The position numbers and the translations under genes are program-made. DNA of 64,000 nucleotides from Candidatus Saccharimonadia bacterium (lineage in GTDB: Bacteria; Patescibacteriota; Saccharimonadia; UBA4664), in the NCBI GenBank assembly GCA_038251135.1, contig JBBSBR010000001.1:512-64511 (forward strand), written 5' to 3'. Numbering within the stretch: the stretch's first letter is position 1; each line of letters begins with the position of its first letter. This document shows, one piece after another, positions 1-9,363 of the stretch. Below the pieces are notes generated by a model. The model had not been told where the DNA came from. It was given only the letters and a program-made list of their open reading frames with translations, and did not search any database.

Positions 1-1064
1 ACTGTCACTTTCCATACGTCCGGTAGCTTGGTCACGTCGATCACCGTCTCATCCGCCTCGGCTTCCAGACGGGCACGCTCTTCGCGGGTATGACGGACCT
101 GGGCAACCACGGCATCCAGGAGCTGATCCAGGCCCTGATGGGCTTGGGCGGAGATCACAAAGACCGGACCGCCGGTGTGCGTCAGCAAGGCGGTATGGGC
201 GTTCTGCAGCGTCGGCTCATCGACCGTATCGGCCTTGGTGATGAGAATTAGTTGCGGACGCTTGCTCAGGTCGACGGCGTAATTCTTGAGCTCGCCCTGA
301 ATAATTTCATAGTCACGAACCGGGTCGCTTGAGCCGGCCTCGATCATGTGCAGGAGCACGGCCGTGCGCTCCACGTGCCGCAGGAACGCGTCTCCAAGGC
401 CTTTGCCCTGGCTGGCGCCCTCGATGAGACCCGGGATATCGGCGACCATAAAGGTGTATTTGCGGTGATCGACGACGCCGAGGTTCGGCACGAGCGTGGT
501 GAAGGCGTAGTCGGCGATCTCCGGCTTGGCGTTAGAGATTACCGAGAGCAACGTAGACTTGCCGGCATTCGGCAACCCGACCAACCCCACATCAGCCACG
601 AGCTTAAGCTCGAGACGCAGCATTCGGGTATCGCCGAACTCCCCCAGCTCGGCATTTTTGGGAGCCTGCCGAACCGACGACTGAAAATGGGCGTTACCAA
701 ATCCCCCGCGGCCACCTTTGGCCAATATCGCCTCTTGGCCGTCTTTGGTAAGGTCGGCGACCAAGTCATCGCCCTCCCAGATTTGAGTACCTTCCGGCAC
801 CTTGACATAAATGGCCTCGCCATTCTTGCCGTGTTTGCGGTTGCCACCGCCCACCGACCCATCCTCGGCCACGATCTTGCGGGTTGTGCGGTACGAAGAC
901 AGGGTGTGAGAATTATGGTCGACAATAAATATTACGTCGCCGCCGCGGCCGCCGTCGCCGCCATCCGGACCGCCCATGGCACGATACTTCTCATGACGAA
1001 AAGATGAGCGGCCATCGCCGCCCTTACCAGCCCGTATTTCGATCGTTGCTGTATCTGTGAACAT
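1..1064 (-). CDS. obgE: GTPase Obg/CgtA, 3' end truncated by window edge
   Basis: Not in ORF track; read manually from ATG at 1064: MFTDTATIEIRAGKGGDGRSSFRHEKYRAMGGPDGGDGGRGGDV; later VGLVGLPNAGKST, DYAFTT, DIPGLIEGASQGKGLG, TKAD. Confidence 0.97.
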   Translation of the reverse strand, partial: MFTDTATIEIRAGKGGDGRSSFRHEKYRAMGGPDGGDGGRGGDVIFIVDHNSHTLSSYRTTRKIVAEDGSVGGGNRKHGKNGEAIYVKVPEGTQIWEGDDLVADLTKDGQEAILAKGGRGGFGNAHFQSSVRQAPKNAELGEFGDTRMLRLELKLVADVGLVGLPNAGKSTLLSVISNAKPEIADYAFTTLVPNLGVVDHRKYTFMVADIPGLIEGASQGKGLGDAFLRHVERTAVLLHMIEAGSSDPVRDYEIIQGELKNYAVDLSKRPQLILITKADTVDEPTLQNAHTALLTHTGGPVFVISAQAHQGLDQLLDAVVAQVRHTREERARLEAEADETVIDVTKLPDVWKVT

Positions 1065-1168
1065 ATTTATGACACTATATCATAATATTGACAATAATTT
1101 CCACCTTAATTACTATATTCATTATCGTCGGTACCCCCAGTACCGGCCAGCACATCCGAGGGGGTAAA

Positions 1169-1498
1169 ATGATGCGCTTTCGCCGCAAGGTAAGCGAGGA
1201 ACTTAATCCTCTCGACCGACTTATACGAATCTTGGGCCTATGCCTGACTGCCGAGATCCTGCTCGCCGACACAGACACATTGAGGATGTGGCGGTTAGGC
1301 AACCTTGAGCCAACCACGGCGCAACTGCAACGTATCATCTGGTTCCTCGACGTTTGCCGTTGGTTTAAAGCCAACTGTTCCAAGACCGTATCGGTCAAAT
1401 CATGGATATTGGCTAACGTTGCCGACTTTAGCGTCCCGAATGACCAACTTGAGACAAATTTTGAGCGTGTGTCAGAGCGGGCGCTGCGCGAGTACTAG
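1169..1498 (+). CDS. Hypothetical protein, possible Xre-HTH/MbcA-ParS-like antitoxin fold
   Basis: GAGGGGG SD before ATG 1169; LDRLIRILG..TLRMWRLGNLEP..QRI..VKSW pattern resembles 7558..7914; followed by a hairpin terminator. Confidence 0.5.
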   Translation: MMRFRRKVSEELNPLDRLIRILGLCLTAEILLADTDTLRMWRLGNLEPTTAQLQRIIWFLDVCRWFKANCSKTVSVKSWILANVADFSVPNDQLETNFERVSERALREY

Positions 1499-1508
1499 CC
1501 CCATACCA

Positions 1509-1543
1509 AAAGACCCGGGATACGTTATGTATTCCGGGTCTTT
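1509..1543. terminator. Bidirectional intrinsic terminator
   Basis: AAAGACCCGGGATAC-gttat-GTATTCCGGGTCTTT between convergent genes. Confidence 0.8.
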
Positions 1544-1575
1544 ATCTGATCGGATCTTAGCTGACGAACTAAGGA

Positions 1576-2796
1576 CTAGTAGATGTAGCGGAAGCTATTG
1601 GCCGATACGGTACGGTAGGAGACACGACCCCATCCGCCGTTGTAGTTCATCTCGGAGACGGTCACCATACCGCCCGAGACCGACTCTACGTAGGCAACGT
1701 GGCCAAAGTAACCGGCACCGGTCCAAGCGATGGCTCCGCGGGCCGGCGTCGAGCCAACCGAGAAACCGGATCGCTGAGCGTTGTAGTACCAAGCGTTGGC
1801 GTTGCCCCAGAAGGACGGGATGCTGCGGCGCGAGGCGACATAGTAGGTGCAGTAGCCGAACGAGTAACCGTTGGCGCCGCCTGAGTAGTAGGTCAGATGC
1901 GGTGCGATCGAGGCTCCGGCGACACGACCTTGAGTTTGAGCAACCTGCACCGGCGCGGCGGGCTTGGGCGCATCGGCCTTAACGCCGTCGGGAATCAGGA
2001 TGGTCGAACCGACTACCAGGCCTTTCACTTCGGCGTTGTTGAACGACACAATCTGAGCGGCGTTGGCGCTGAATTTGGCGGCCAACGACTCGGGGGTATC
2101 GCCCGCAGCCACGGTGTACTGCAATCCGGTGACGGGCAGGATGGTCAAAACCGTGCCGGGAGCGATCGAGTCGGCATTTGAGATGTCATTGGCCCACTTA
2201 ATCGTCGAGCTCGTAATATTGAACTTACTCGCCACGCCCGAGAGCGTATCGCCAGGCTGCACGGTGTAGCTTGAGATATCGCGGGTGGCGTTGCCGGCAG
2301 TCGTCACGACCTGCCGCTTTGACAGCGTCAGATCATCGCTCGTCAGCAAGGCGACCTGCTGGTTCTTGACCGAGGCGGTCTTGGCGGCTTCCGTCGTGAT
2401 CATGAACTGGCTCTTTTTGGCCAGATCGGCGGCGATGTTGGCCGTTGCGGTCTCGTCGAGTACGGTGCCGGTTCCTGCCTGAGCCGACATCAACCGCACG
2501 CTCAGCGAGTGGGCCTGTGTCGGATTATTGGCCAGCACAATGAGACTCGCCGTAGCGATGAGCCCCAGATGAGCCAGATAACGAGGGTGGTAATGGGAAC
2601 TTGCAGTTTTGGCGACCCCGCGTGAGGTCTTGGCGATTGTCCGGCCAATATTTGCTTGGCTGGCGGACTTATTTCTGCGAATCGCTGGACTTTTTATGTT
2701 CGAAAATGTCTCTGAGGGAGTTCCGATTCCCATTGTCGGGAACTGTTCAAGGGAACTGCCGAGGGCACTTCTACTAATAACCTGTCTCCACCTCAA
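1576..2796 (-). CDS. LysM x2 + CHAP domain peptidoglycan hydrolase (start codon uncertain)
   Basis: YTVQPGDTLSGVASKF and YTVAAGDTPESLAAKF LysM repeats; CHAP motifs GYCTYYV, WGNANAW, GHVAYVESV, SEMNY. Confidence 0.92.
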   Translation of the reverse strand: MRWRQVISRSALGSSLEQFPTMGIGTPSETFSNIKSPAIRRNKSASQANIGRTIAKTSRGVAKTASSHYHPRYLAHLGLIATASLIVLANNPTQAHSLSVRLMSAQAGTGTVLDETATANIAADLAKKSQFMITTEAAKTASVKNQQVALLTSDDLTLSKRQVVTTAGNATRDISSYTVQPGDTLSGVASKFNITSSTIKWANDISNADSIAPGTVLTILPVTGLQYTVAAGDTPESLAAKFSANAAQIVSFNNAEVKGLVVGSTILIPDGVKADAPKPAAPVQVAQTQGRVAGASIAPHLTYYSGGANGYSFGYCTYYVASRRSIPSFWGNANAWYYNAQRSGFSVGSTPARGAIAWTGAGYFGHVAYVESVSGGMVTVSEMNYNGGWGRVSYRTVSANSFRYIY

Positions 2797-2918
2797 CCCA
2801 TACGCCGAAGCGTCGGATTGAGCACTACCTTTACTTGCGTCTTACCCTCAGTCGTTGGACTGAGGCAGAAGAATTTCGACCGTTAGATTAATACTTCGTA
2901 TCGACGGTTCAAGGTAGT
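2792..2918 (-). ncRNA. Candidate structured RNA leader of unknown family
   Basis: Closing helix ACUACCUU/AAGGUAGU (2911-2918/2824-2831); hairpin CCUCAGUC-CAAC-GACUGAGG (2846-2865); C(UUCG)G-capped hairpin 2792-2822. Confidence 0.55.
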
Positions 2919-2969
2919 AAACTGATACGTTTACGATTATACCGCTAACGCTTATCAATTTACTTTGCT

Positions 2970-2998
2970 AGTCTATCAACCGCCACTGGGACTGTCAA
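2970..2998 (-). promoter_or_regulatory. sigma70-type promoter for the leader RNA/LysM-CHAP gene
   Basis: TTGACA-17 nt-TAGACT on the minus strand. Confidence 0.65.
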
Positions 2999-3131
2999 CA
3001 ATGTTAAATGGCTTTATAAAGGGATAAACTGATACCGGTTATCCTTATCAATTGATGCAGCCGGGCCGCTACCACATATGTCGGTAATGTCAAATGCCAG
3101 TAAAACCGACTGATTATGGCTTAAGACCGTA

Positions 3132-4127
3132 CTAATTGAGGTACTTCGAAATATTGGCTTGATGCTCGGCATACGTCTTGGCGAAGTAGGTCTTGCCGTC
3201 CTTGCCGGTCAAAAAATAGCTGTAGTCAGTAGCGGCCGGGTGAGCAACGGCATCCAGTGCCGACAGGCCGGGATTTGCGATCGGGCCGGGCGGCAAACCG
3301 ACTACTTTGCGCGTATTATAGGGCGAATCCAGATTGACGTTGAAGGGGACTCCCAGAAGTTGAGCCGCGTAAACGGCCGTGACGTCCGACCCCAAGGGCT
3401 GCTTCTCACGGTAGCGCTTCAGAAACACCTGAGCAACGATCGGTCGGTCGCTCGCAATATTTACCTCCCGCTCGACGATCGAGGCGATCGTAAGCCCCTG
3501 GTGAAGCGTCAGCCCTTCGGCGGCAAACGCCTGCACGTACTCGGGGCCGACCTTGCGGCTAAAGTTATCGAGCATGGCGTTTACCAGCTCGGAGCCGGTA
3601 GTTGAAGAGTTAACGGTATAGGAATCCGGAAACAGGTAACCCTCAAGGCTGACGGTAGCGGGTTTACCGGCCAAAAACGATTGATCGTGCGGCTCGTTCA
3701 GGGCGGCCTCAAACTCAGCCGCGGGTATACCGAGAAGAGCCGCCTCCTTTTCGATCTGCTTGATCGTGTAGCCCTCGGGAACGACCAGCCGGTCGGTAAG
3801 CGTCTTGCCCTGCGACAGTATATTGGCAACATCCGGGGCGCTCAATGTGGGGGTAAGTGAGTAAGTACCGGCCTTGAGGAGTCGTCGCTGACCATGAAAG
3901 TTAATATAAGTCATGAAGGCGTTTCGATCGCGGATCAATCCGGCAGCCTTCAGATTATCGGCGATCTCCGGCGCGGTTTGGCCGGACTTCACCTCAAAGA
4001 CGACCGCTTGGCCAGTTTTTGCAGGAGCAGTCAGATCGAAGCGATAGATACCGTATGTTACGGCAAATACCATAAGTGCTACGGCGGCTGCAATTGGGAT
4101 TGCACGTCGTCGGCTGGGTCGTTTCAT
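3132..4127 (-). CDS. mltG: Endolytic transglycosylase MltG
   Basis: N-terminal TM; LEGYLFPDSY, ASIVERE, SPYNT, GLPPGPIANPG motifs. Confidence 0.95.
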   Translation of the reverse strand: MKRPSRRRAIPIAAAVALMVFAVTYGIYRFDLTAPAKTGQAVVFEVKSGQTAPEIADNLKAAGLIRDRNAFMTYINFHGQRRLLKAGTYSLTPTLSAPDVANILSQGKTLTDRLVVPEGYTIKQIEKEAALLGIPAAEFEAALNEPHDQSFLAGKPATVSLEGYLFPDSYTVNSSTTGSELVNAMLDNFSRKVGPEYVQAFAAEGLTLHQGLTIASIVEREVNIASDRPIVAQVFLKRYREKQPLGSDVTAVYAAQLLGVPFNVNLDSPYNTRKVVGLPPGPIANPGLSALDAVAHPAATDYSYFLTGKDGKTYFAKTYAEHQANISKYLN

Positions 4128-4510
4128 AGGTTTCCCAGATAATCTTGAAGAATGATAGTGGCGGCCTCGGCGTCGATATCGGACTTGTCGTACTTACGTC
4201 CCGACTCGCGTAAACGTTCTTCCGCGACGCTCGAAGTACCGGCCTCATCCTGATAGACGATCTCAGCATCAAGCTTTCCCAGAATCTCCTCGGTAAAGCG
4301 CCGGACTGCCAGCGTTTGGGGGGTTTCGCGTCCATCCAAGCTTCGGGGCAGGCCGACTACAATAGTATCGAACGGCCCTTCCTGCCTTATGGTAGCGACC
4401 AATTCATGGGGCGCGATGGTTTTGTGCGGGTTCGCCAAACGAACTTCGTCGTCGGCGACGGCCAAGCCCATACGGCGTTCACCATAATCGATTCCCAGAT
4501 ATCGCTTCAC
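4124..4510 (-). CDS. ruvX: YqgF/RuvX pre-16S rRNA nuclease (Holliday resolvase-like)
   Basis: LGIDYGERRMGLA, VVGLP, DEAGTS, IDAEAATIILQDYL. Confidence 0.95.
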   Translation of the reverse strand: MKRYLGIDYGERRMGLAVADDEVRLANPHKTIAPHELVATIRQEGPFDTIVVGLPRSLDGRETPQTLAVRRFTEEILGKLDAEIVYQDEAGTSSVAEERLRESGRKYDKSDIDAEAATIILQDYLGNL

Positions 4511-4523
4511 GAATCCCCTGTTT

Positions 4524-6281
4524 TTATTTATTGTTGGCGATTTGAATATTTATCGTAATCTTAGAAGCGCTGCGTGGCAAATTTGACGCCCAAGACGGCC
4601 AGAGGCTGATCTCGGCATGGTCGACGCCGGCGTACTTGGAGACGATATCGACCGCATCGCCGTAGCGCTTGCCCTTGATGTCGTTGGCAATCTTGACCTT
4701 GTCGAACTTTGGCCCCCCATAGGCTACGGTCGTAAAGCGGAAGCCCTGAAGACCGGCGCCGTTTTTGGCTGCCAGCGTAACTTGACCGGTCGGGATACCG
4801 TTATCATATACCTCATTCTGGCCGCCCACTTGATTCTGCTCTTGGTTGAGAATCAGCGCCGTGTAGTCGGCGGTCGGTACGGCCAGTTCGCTATAGGTAA
4901 CTTTGAGGGCCAACGTACCGGTTGACGCTTCGGCGCCGACGGCCGGACTGGGTACGGCGCTGACAACTACAACGACAGACGAGCTTGGCAAAGCCATATA
5001 TCCGCTCGGAACCTTGGCGTCCAACTCTTTCTGACCACCGTCCTTGTCTTTGACCAACATATCGGCTTGAGCTTTGTCGACATCGGCCTGAGCGACAATT
5101 GTAATCGTCTTGGAAGTTCCGCCGGCCATCTGACCCCCTTGGCCGTAAGTATAATTCTGAAGTGCTGCCGAAAGTCCGGGAATAGTGTATTTAGCAGGCG
5201 CTTCGTTATAACTGTCTCCTGCTTGATCAGAGGTTACGGCTACGTCTTGTCTACCCGGGACCGGAATAGCGGCAAACGGGGGCGTTGATGATGCCTTATA
5301 GGTTAGTCCGGCAACGTGCACATCGGCATCTGATTTGAAAATTTTTCCGTCGGGAGCCTGGAATCGTGTCCCTGCGACAAAGTCATGAGGTGACGGATCG
5401 TTATTTACTACCGTCATTGTTCCTGTCGCTTGAGTGCCCACATCTTTCGTACCGGTCGGCGTGAACGGTCCACTTAAGTCCTTGGTCAGGGTAATACTCT
5501 GACCCGCAAGCGTGCTGCTGACGACGTCGGATTTCGTCGCATTGGTATCGACCCAAAACGAAGTGTCGATGTTCACGCTAGACCCGATGGCAAACAGCTT
5601 AACCGTCGCCTTGGTGAGAAAGGCCATCGCGACAAAATAGCCGATCACCAGAAAGGCAGCGGCGCCTACCCAAAGCATTCGTCGCTTCAGGACGCCAAAG
5701 TTCGGTACCTTAGGCAATTTTTTGGACGTCGTTTGAGGGTCTGTAGCCGCCCCGGAATCAGCCTTAGTTTTCGACCCGTCATCGGCAGGCAGCTCCTCGC
5801 CCAAGTCTTCAGCGGGCCATGGTACGATCTCGGGCGGCGCTGCCAGCTTGGTACTCGGCTTATCGTCGATCTTTTTACGCGCGATGGCCGGCGGTACGAC
5901 TACGGCCGAGGCCGCCAACGCTGCCGCCTTCTTGGCGTCGCTGGCCTCGTCCTCGTCATCCTCTTCGATGATATCCTCGTTCGAAATCGGTTTTGGAGCT
6001 TCCGTCGCACTCATGATCGCCTCGGCGCCAACCGAAGCCGCGACCGCCAGACCCACGCTGGCAGCTAGATTCTTGGCAATCCGGTCATTGGTAACGAGCA
6101 CCAGCTCTTTACCGCTGTCAGCCGCCGCCTTCTTGAGTAATTTCTGATTGATGATGCTCTGGAGCATCGTGGAGCGTTTGGGTACCACAATCTGAACGCT
6201 CTTACCGGGCGTCTTGGACAGCTTATCAATGGCTGAAGTAATATCTTCATCGACCTCTAGGTAGAGGACAGCATCATTCAT
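4524..6281 (-). CDS. Conserved CPR membrane protein with a baseplate-J-like extracytoplasmic region
   Basis: N-terminal YLEVDEDITSAIDKL..SIINQKLLKKAA; acidic linker, single TM, ATGTMTVVN..AGTRF..G..YN motifs of the CPR family that usually follows ftsA-like genes. Confidence 0.7.
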   Translation of the reverse strand: MNDAVLYLEVDEDITSAIDKLSKTPGKSVQIVVPKRSTMLQSIINQKLLKKAAADSGKELVLVTNDRIAKNLAASVGLAVAASVGAEAIMSATEAPKPISNEDIIEEDDEDEASDAKKAAALAASAVVVPPAIARKKIDDKPSTKLAAPPEIVPWPAEDLGEELPADDGSKTKADSGAATDPQTTSKKLPKVPNFGVLKRRMLWVGAAAFLVIGYFVAMAFLTKATVKLFAIGSSVNIDTSFWVDTNATKSDVVSSTLAGQSITLTKDLSGPFTPTGTKDVGTQATGTMTVVNNDPSPHDFVAGTRFQAPDGKIFKSDADVHVAGLTYKASSTPPFAAIPVPGRQDVAVTSDQAGDSYNEAPAKYTIPGLSAALQNYTYGQGGQMAGGTSKTITIVAQADVDKAQADMLVKDKDGGQKELDAKVPSGYMALPSSSVVVVVSAVPSPAVGAEASTGTLALKVTYSELAVPTADYTALILNQEQNQVGGQNEVYDNGIPTGQVTLAAKNGAGLQGFRFTTVAYGGPKFDKVKIANDIKGKRYGDAVDIVSKYAGVDHAEISLWPSWASNLPRSASKITINIQIANNK

Positions 6282-6335
6282 GATCCTACTTTACCACAAA
6301 GCTTATGTTTTCGGGTGGATATGCACACATAAACA

Positions 6336-6364
6336 TTGATTTATGTTTAAATTTATGCTATAGT
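6336..6364 (+). promoter_or_regulatory. sigma70-type promoter with extended -10 and an overlapping inverted repeat
   Basis: TTGATT-17-TATAGT with TG at 6356-6357; TAAACAT-N6-ATGTTTA at 6330-6349. Confidence 0.6.
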
Positions 6365-6410
6365 CATAGACTGTTCATCGTACCTACACAAAAGAAGGGT
6401 CGTGAAGTGC

Positions 6411-7376
6411 ATGAGTGCACCACGCAAGATTCACACCATCGTGACCCACGTTCGTCCGCACCTGGACGAGATCACGGCAATCTGGCTGATCCAGCGTTTC
6501 GGCAGACAGTTCTTCGACATCCCCCGCGATGTGAAGTTCGAGTACTGGGACGCCCGGCAGCTATCCGCCCGACGGCCGCACGGCCGACGAGTGGGAGAAC
6601 GACGGCTACCTGCTCATCGGAGTCGGCCACGGCCGGTTCGATGAGCACCCGAGCGAGACGACCGACCGCATCGAAGGACACTCCTCGACCAGTCTGGTGG
6701 CGAAAGCCATTAGAGTGGAGAAGCGCACAGAACTGCACCGGATCGTAGAGTACGTGACCAAGAATGACCTTGAAGGCGGCACCAATAGCTGGGAGCTTCC
6801 GGCCATCATCGGAAACAGCATGCTCAGTACCCCGACGACACCGCGCGCGTCATGCGCTGGGTGCACCAAGGACTTAATGCGCAATACGCTCAGGCGGTCC
6901 AGTTCAAAACCGCACTCGGTATCGTGAATGCGGGTCGGATCGTAGTGTTTGGGGACGAGGCCAATGAGGCCAAGCTCCTGATCGTCACGTCCGACAACGA
7001 GCGCGTACTGGCGGCGGCCTGGTCGTCCCGGCACCGTCCCCAGGCCGTGATCGTCGCACACGCCAGTGGTCGCGTTCAGATCTTCGCCAATAAGCGCATG
7101 GGGCTTCGGCTCAATGCACTGGCGGCGGCCGTCCGTATCGCAGAGGCCGCCAAGCGCGGTATCACCCTCGATCTCTCCACCGAGATGCTCGAGCGCGAAG
7201 GTTCTGTGGTCGGCGCCGAGGTCTGGCACTACTTTCTCGCCGGCGAGATGCTGTTCAACGGCAGTCTCACCGCACCCCGTACCGAGGCGACGTTACTGAG
7301 TATTGAAGAGCTCATTGAGCTCTTCCAGCAGCACGTTCAGCCCCCTTCGCCCATCGAGGAGATCCCGGCGACGTAG
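6411..7376 (+). pseudogene. MYG1/DHH-like metal-dependent hydrolase with two compensating frameshifts (pseudogene or sequencing error)
   Basis: IVTHVRPHLDEITAIWL motif; frame change near CCC 6553-6555 gives GVGHGRFDEH; return to the first frame near AAA 6813-6815 continues to WHYF..MLFNGS. Confidence 0.7.
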
Positions 7377-7557
7377 TCGCCCAGATCGACACCCTCTAGC
7401 GTCTTTGATCTTCGGATCCAAGTGCCGGTACGTAACCCGGCGCACTCAACGACTGCGTAGTCGTTCTGATGAGTCCAAAAGGACGAAAATGTTTGCTCGC
7501 CTACGTATTTGAAGTATAGTTTCATTACTTCAATCCACTTCGAGATCGGAGAGCATC

Positions 7558-7914
7558 GTGGCCAACAGTCAAATTGCCGAGATGGTCGATCGGCTCAACC
7601 AACTGCTCGGACACGGGATGGTCGCATCGCTGGCAGGTGCTGAAACTGCGAGCATCGCCGAGCGCTGGGCCGAACCCACCGGCAAGAAACCCCCACCCGA
7701 TGCCGTAGGGCGCCTCAAGATTGCCGCCAACTTAGCGGAGTACCTCGTACCTCTCATCGGCCGGGTCGATACTCGGACTTGGTTTTCGGAGCCGAGGATT
7801 CAGCTCAAAGGCAGTGATTACCGTCTCACACCGACCATCGCTTTGCGCAACTCTACCCCCGGAGACGAAGTTACCGTCAGACTCTGGGCGGCCGCCTACG
7901 AAATCGCCAGATAG
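7558..7914 (+). CDS. Xre/MbcA/ParS-like antitoxin-family protein (orphan)
   Basis: GGAGAG SD; RLNQLLG..VASLAG..ERWAE..P..RLKIA..RTWFSEPRIQL..TPTIALR matches HTH plus MbcA/ParS C-terminal W..P..L..P pattern. Confidence 0.6.
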   Translation: MANSQIAEMVDRLNQLLGHGMVASLAGAETASIAERWAEPTGKKPPPDAVGRLKIAANLAEYLVPLIGRVDTRTWFSEPRIQLKGSDYRLTPTIALRNSTPGDEVTVRLWAAAYEIAR

Positions 7915-7939
7915 TACATTCGGTTGCCCAACTCAGTTC

Positions 7940-7975
7940 AACCCCCCAAGGATCTCATCCAAGGGGGGTTATTTT
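7940..7975. terminator. Intrinsic terminator between convergent genes
   Basis: AACCCCCC-AA-GGAT-ctc-ATCC-AA-GGGGGGTT-ATTTT. Confidence 0.7.
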
Positions 7976-8044
7976 CTATTAATGCCCGAATAATCTGCTG
8001 CTATTCGATTTGTCGGCTGGTTACGCCAATGGCCACACGGCAGT

Positions 8045-9310
8045 CTAGGCCGAGATGGCGCGGGATAATTTCTTGATCAGAGTTTCGGTCGTGGTTTCGC
8101 TACCGACCATATCGAGGCCTAAGTTAGCCAAACCCATCGGCGTAATGTCGGCGTAGCTGGTGAGCTTACCGGTCTTATCTTTGACGCGGTTCACTTCGTC
8201 GGGGCTGATATGCGTGACGATCGGCTTGCGGGCAAAAGGCAGGGTTTTGTACCACTCAGAACCCTTCAGGGCGTCCATAATCTGCGGCAGCCCCGTACCG
8301 CCGCCGCACAGCATGATCTTGGCCGGTAGGTGATCCACGCGATCAAACTCTGCCAAACTTAGCTCCACACCCGACAGCCAGACCTTGATATCGCTGTTGA
8401 CCGCCTCTTCGACGAATTTGACCCCCTTGGGTCCGAGTTTACCATCGGAATAGGCGATCTTCATCTCCTCGGCCTTCTCGAAGCTAACGTTGGCAACTTG
8501 AGCAATGCGCTTAGTAAAGGCGCGGCCACCAATGGCAAACATCTTGGTTCCCTCGACCCCGCCGTTATTGACGAGGGCGATGTCGGTAGTGCCGCCGCCG
8601 ATATCGATGAAGATGGCGCTAAACTCGCCTGAGTCCTGGCCGCCAACGCTCTTGGCGACGGCAAAAGGCTCGGCGGCGATGCTCACGAGATTTAAGTCGA
8701 GATCCTGGGCGACCGTCTGCAGCGCCCCCAGATGGACCATCGGCGCAAAGGCATTAAACAGCTGTATACTCACGTCGCGCCCCTGAAAGCCGATCGGATT
8801 GGTCACCCGATAGCCGTCTATCTGTACGTCGACAATGGCCGTATTCACGAGCTTAACTTCGATCTCTTTGAATCCGGTCTCCCAGGTTAGCTGCTCGCGG
8901 GCGCGCTCAAAGGCGCGGTATTGCACCCGATCGAGGATTTTCTTGAGCTCAATCATATCGATAGGGTCGCTCGGTGTCCCGCGCTTGTAACGGATCACCG
9001 TCGACGCACCCTTCACGAGCTCGCCGGCGATACCGATGACGACATCTTTAGCCACCACCCCGGCCATCTTCTCGGCCATGCGCAGAGCGGCATCGCAATT
9101 TTCAACGACGCCGCGAATGTCGGTGACTGCCCCGGATTGCATATCCGACAGACGCTGCCGCTGACGGCCTACGCCGATAATTTCGATCTCGTTGCCCTGA
9201 ACTTCGCCGATCAGGGCTTTTACGAATTCGGTGCCAATATCCAGCGCCACCAGATAACGCTGCTGGGGTTCCTTGGACTTACGGGTAAATTTATCGAGCA
9301 ACTTGGCCAT
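8045..9310 (-). CDS. ftsA: FtsA-like actin-fold ATPase
   Basis: ALDIGTEFVKALIG, IIGVG, FIDIGGGTTD, IGGRAFT, AEEMKIAY, LCGGG. Confidence 0.8.
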   Translation of the reverse strand: MAKLLDKFTRKSKEPQQRYLVALDIGTEFVKALIGEVQGNEIEIIGVGRQRQRLSDMQSGAVTDIRGVVENCDAALRMAEKMAGVVAKDVVIGIAGELVKGASTVIRYKRGTPSDPIDMIELKKILDRVQYRAFERAREQLTWETGFKEIEVKLVNTAIVDVQIDGYRVTNPIGFQGRDVSIQLFNAFAPMVHLGALQTVAQDLDLNLVSIAAEPFAVAKSVGGQDSGEFSAIFIDIGGGTTDIALVNNGGVEGTKMFAIGGRAFTKRIAQVANVSFEKAEEMKIAYSDGKLGPKGVKFVEEAVNSDIKVWLSGVELSLAEFDRVDHLPAKIMLCGGGTGLPQIMDALKGSEWYKTLPFARKPIVTHISPDEVNRVKDKTGKLTSYADITPMGLANLGLDMVGSETTTETLIKKLSRAISA

Positions 9311-9363
9311 GAGTATATCTTTATATATTGATTGTACTGCTTAAGCTAAGCGCTGCCAAACTA

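Noticed and set aside
348-1007. 219-aa plus-strand ORF
   Set aside because: Antisense shadow of obgE, which the ORF track missed because it runs off the window.
2792-2918. c-di-AMP (ydaO) riboswitch or hammerhead ribozyme
   Set aside because: GCUGAAUCC/CAGCUAAC-type ydaO elements and the CUGANGA hammerhead core are not evident; kept as an unknown structured RNA.
4524-6281. Prophage or contractile-tail locus suggested by the baseplate-J-like region
   Set aside because: No other phage structural, terminase or integrase genes; the protein is membrane-anchored in a housekeeping context.
6642-6644. TGA read-through/genetic code 25 as the explanation for the split gene
   Set aside because: Conserved motifs lie in a different frame, and TGA ends many intact genes here (e.g. 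ATGA overlaps).
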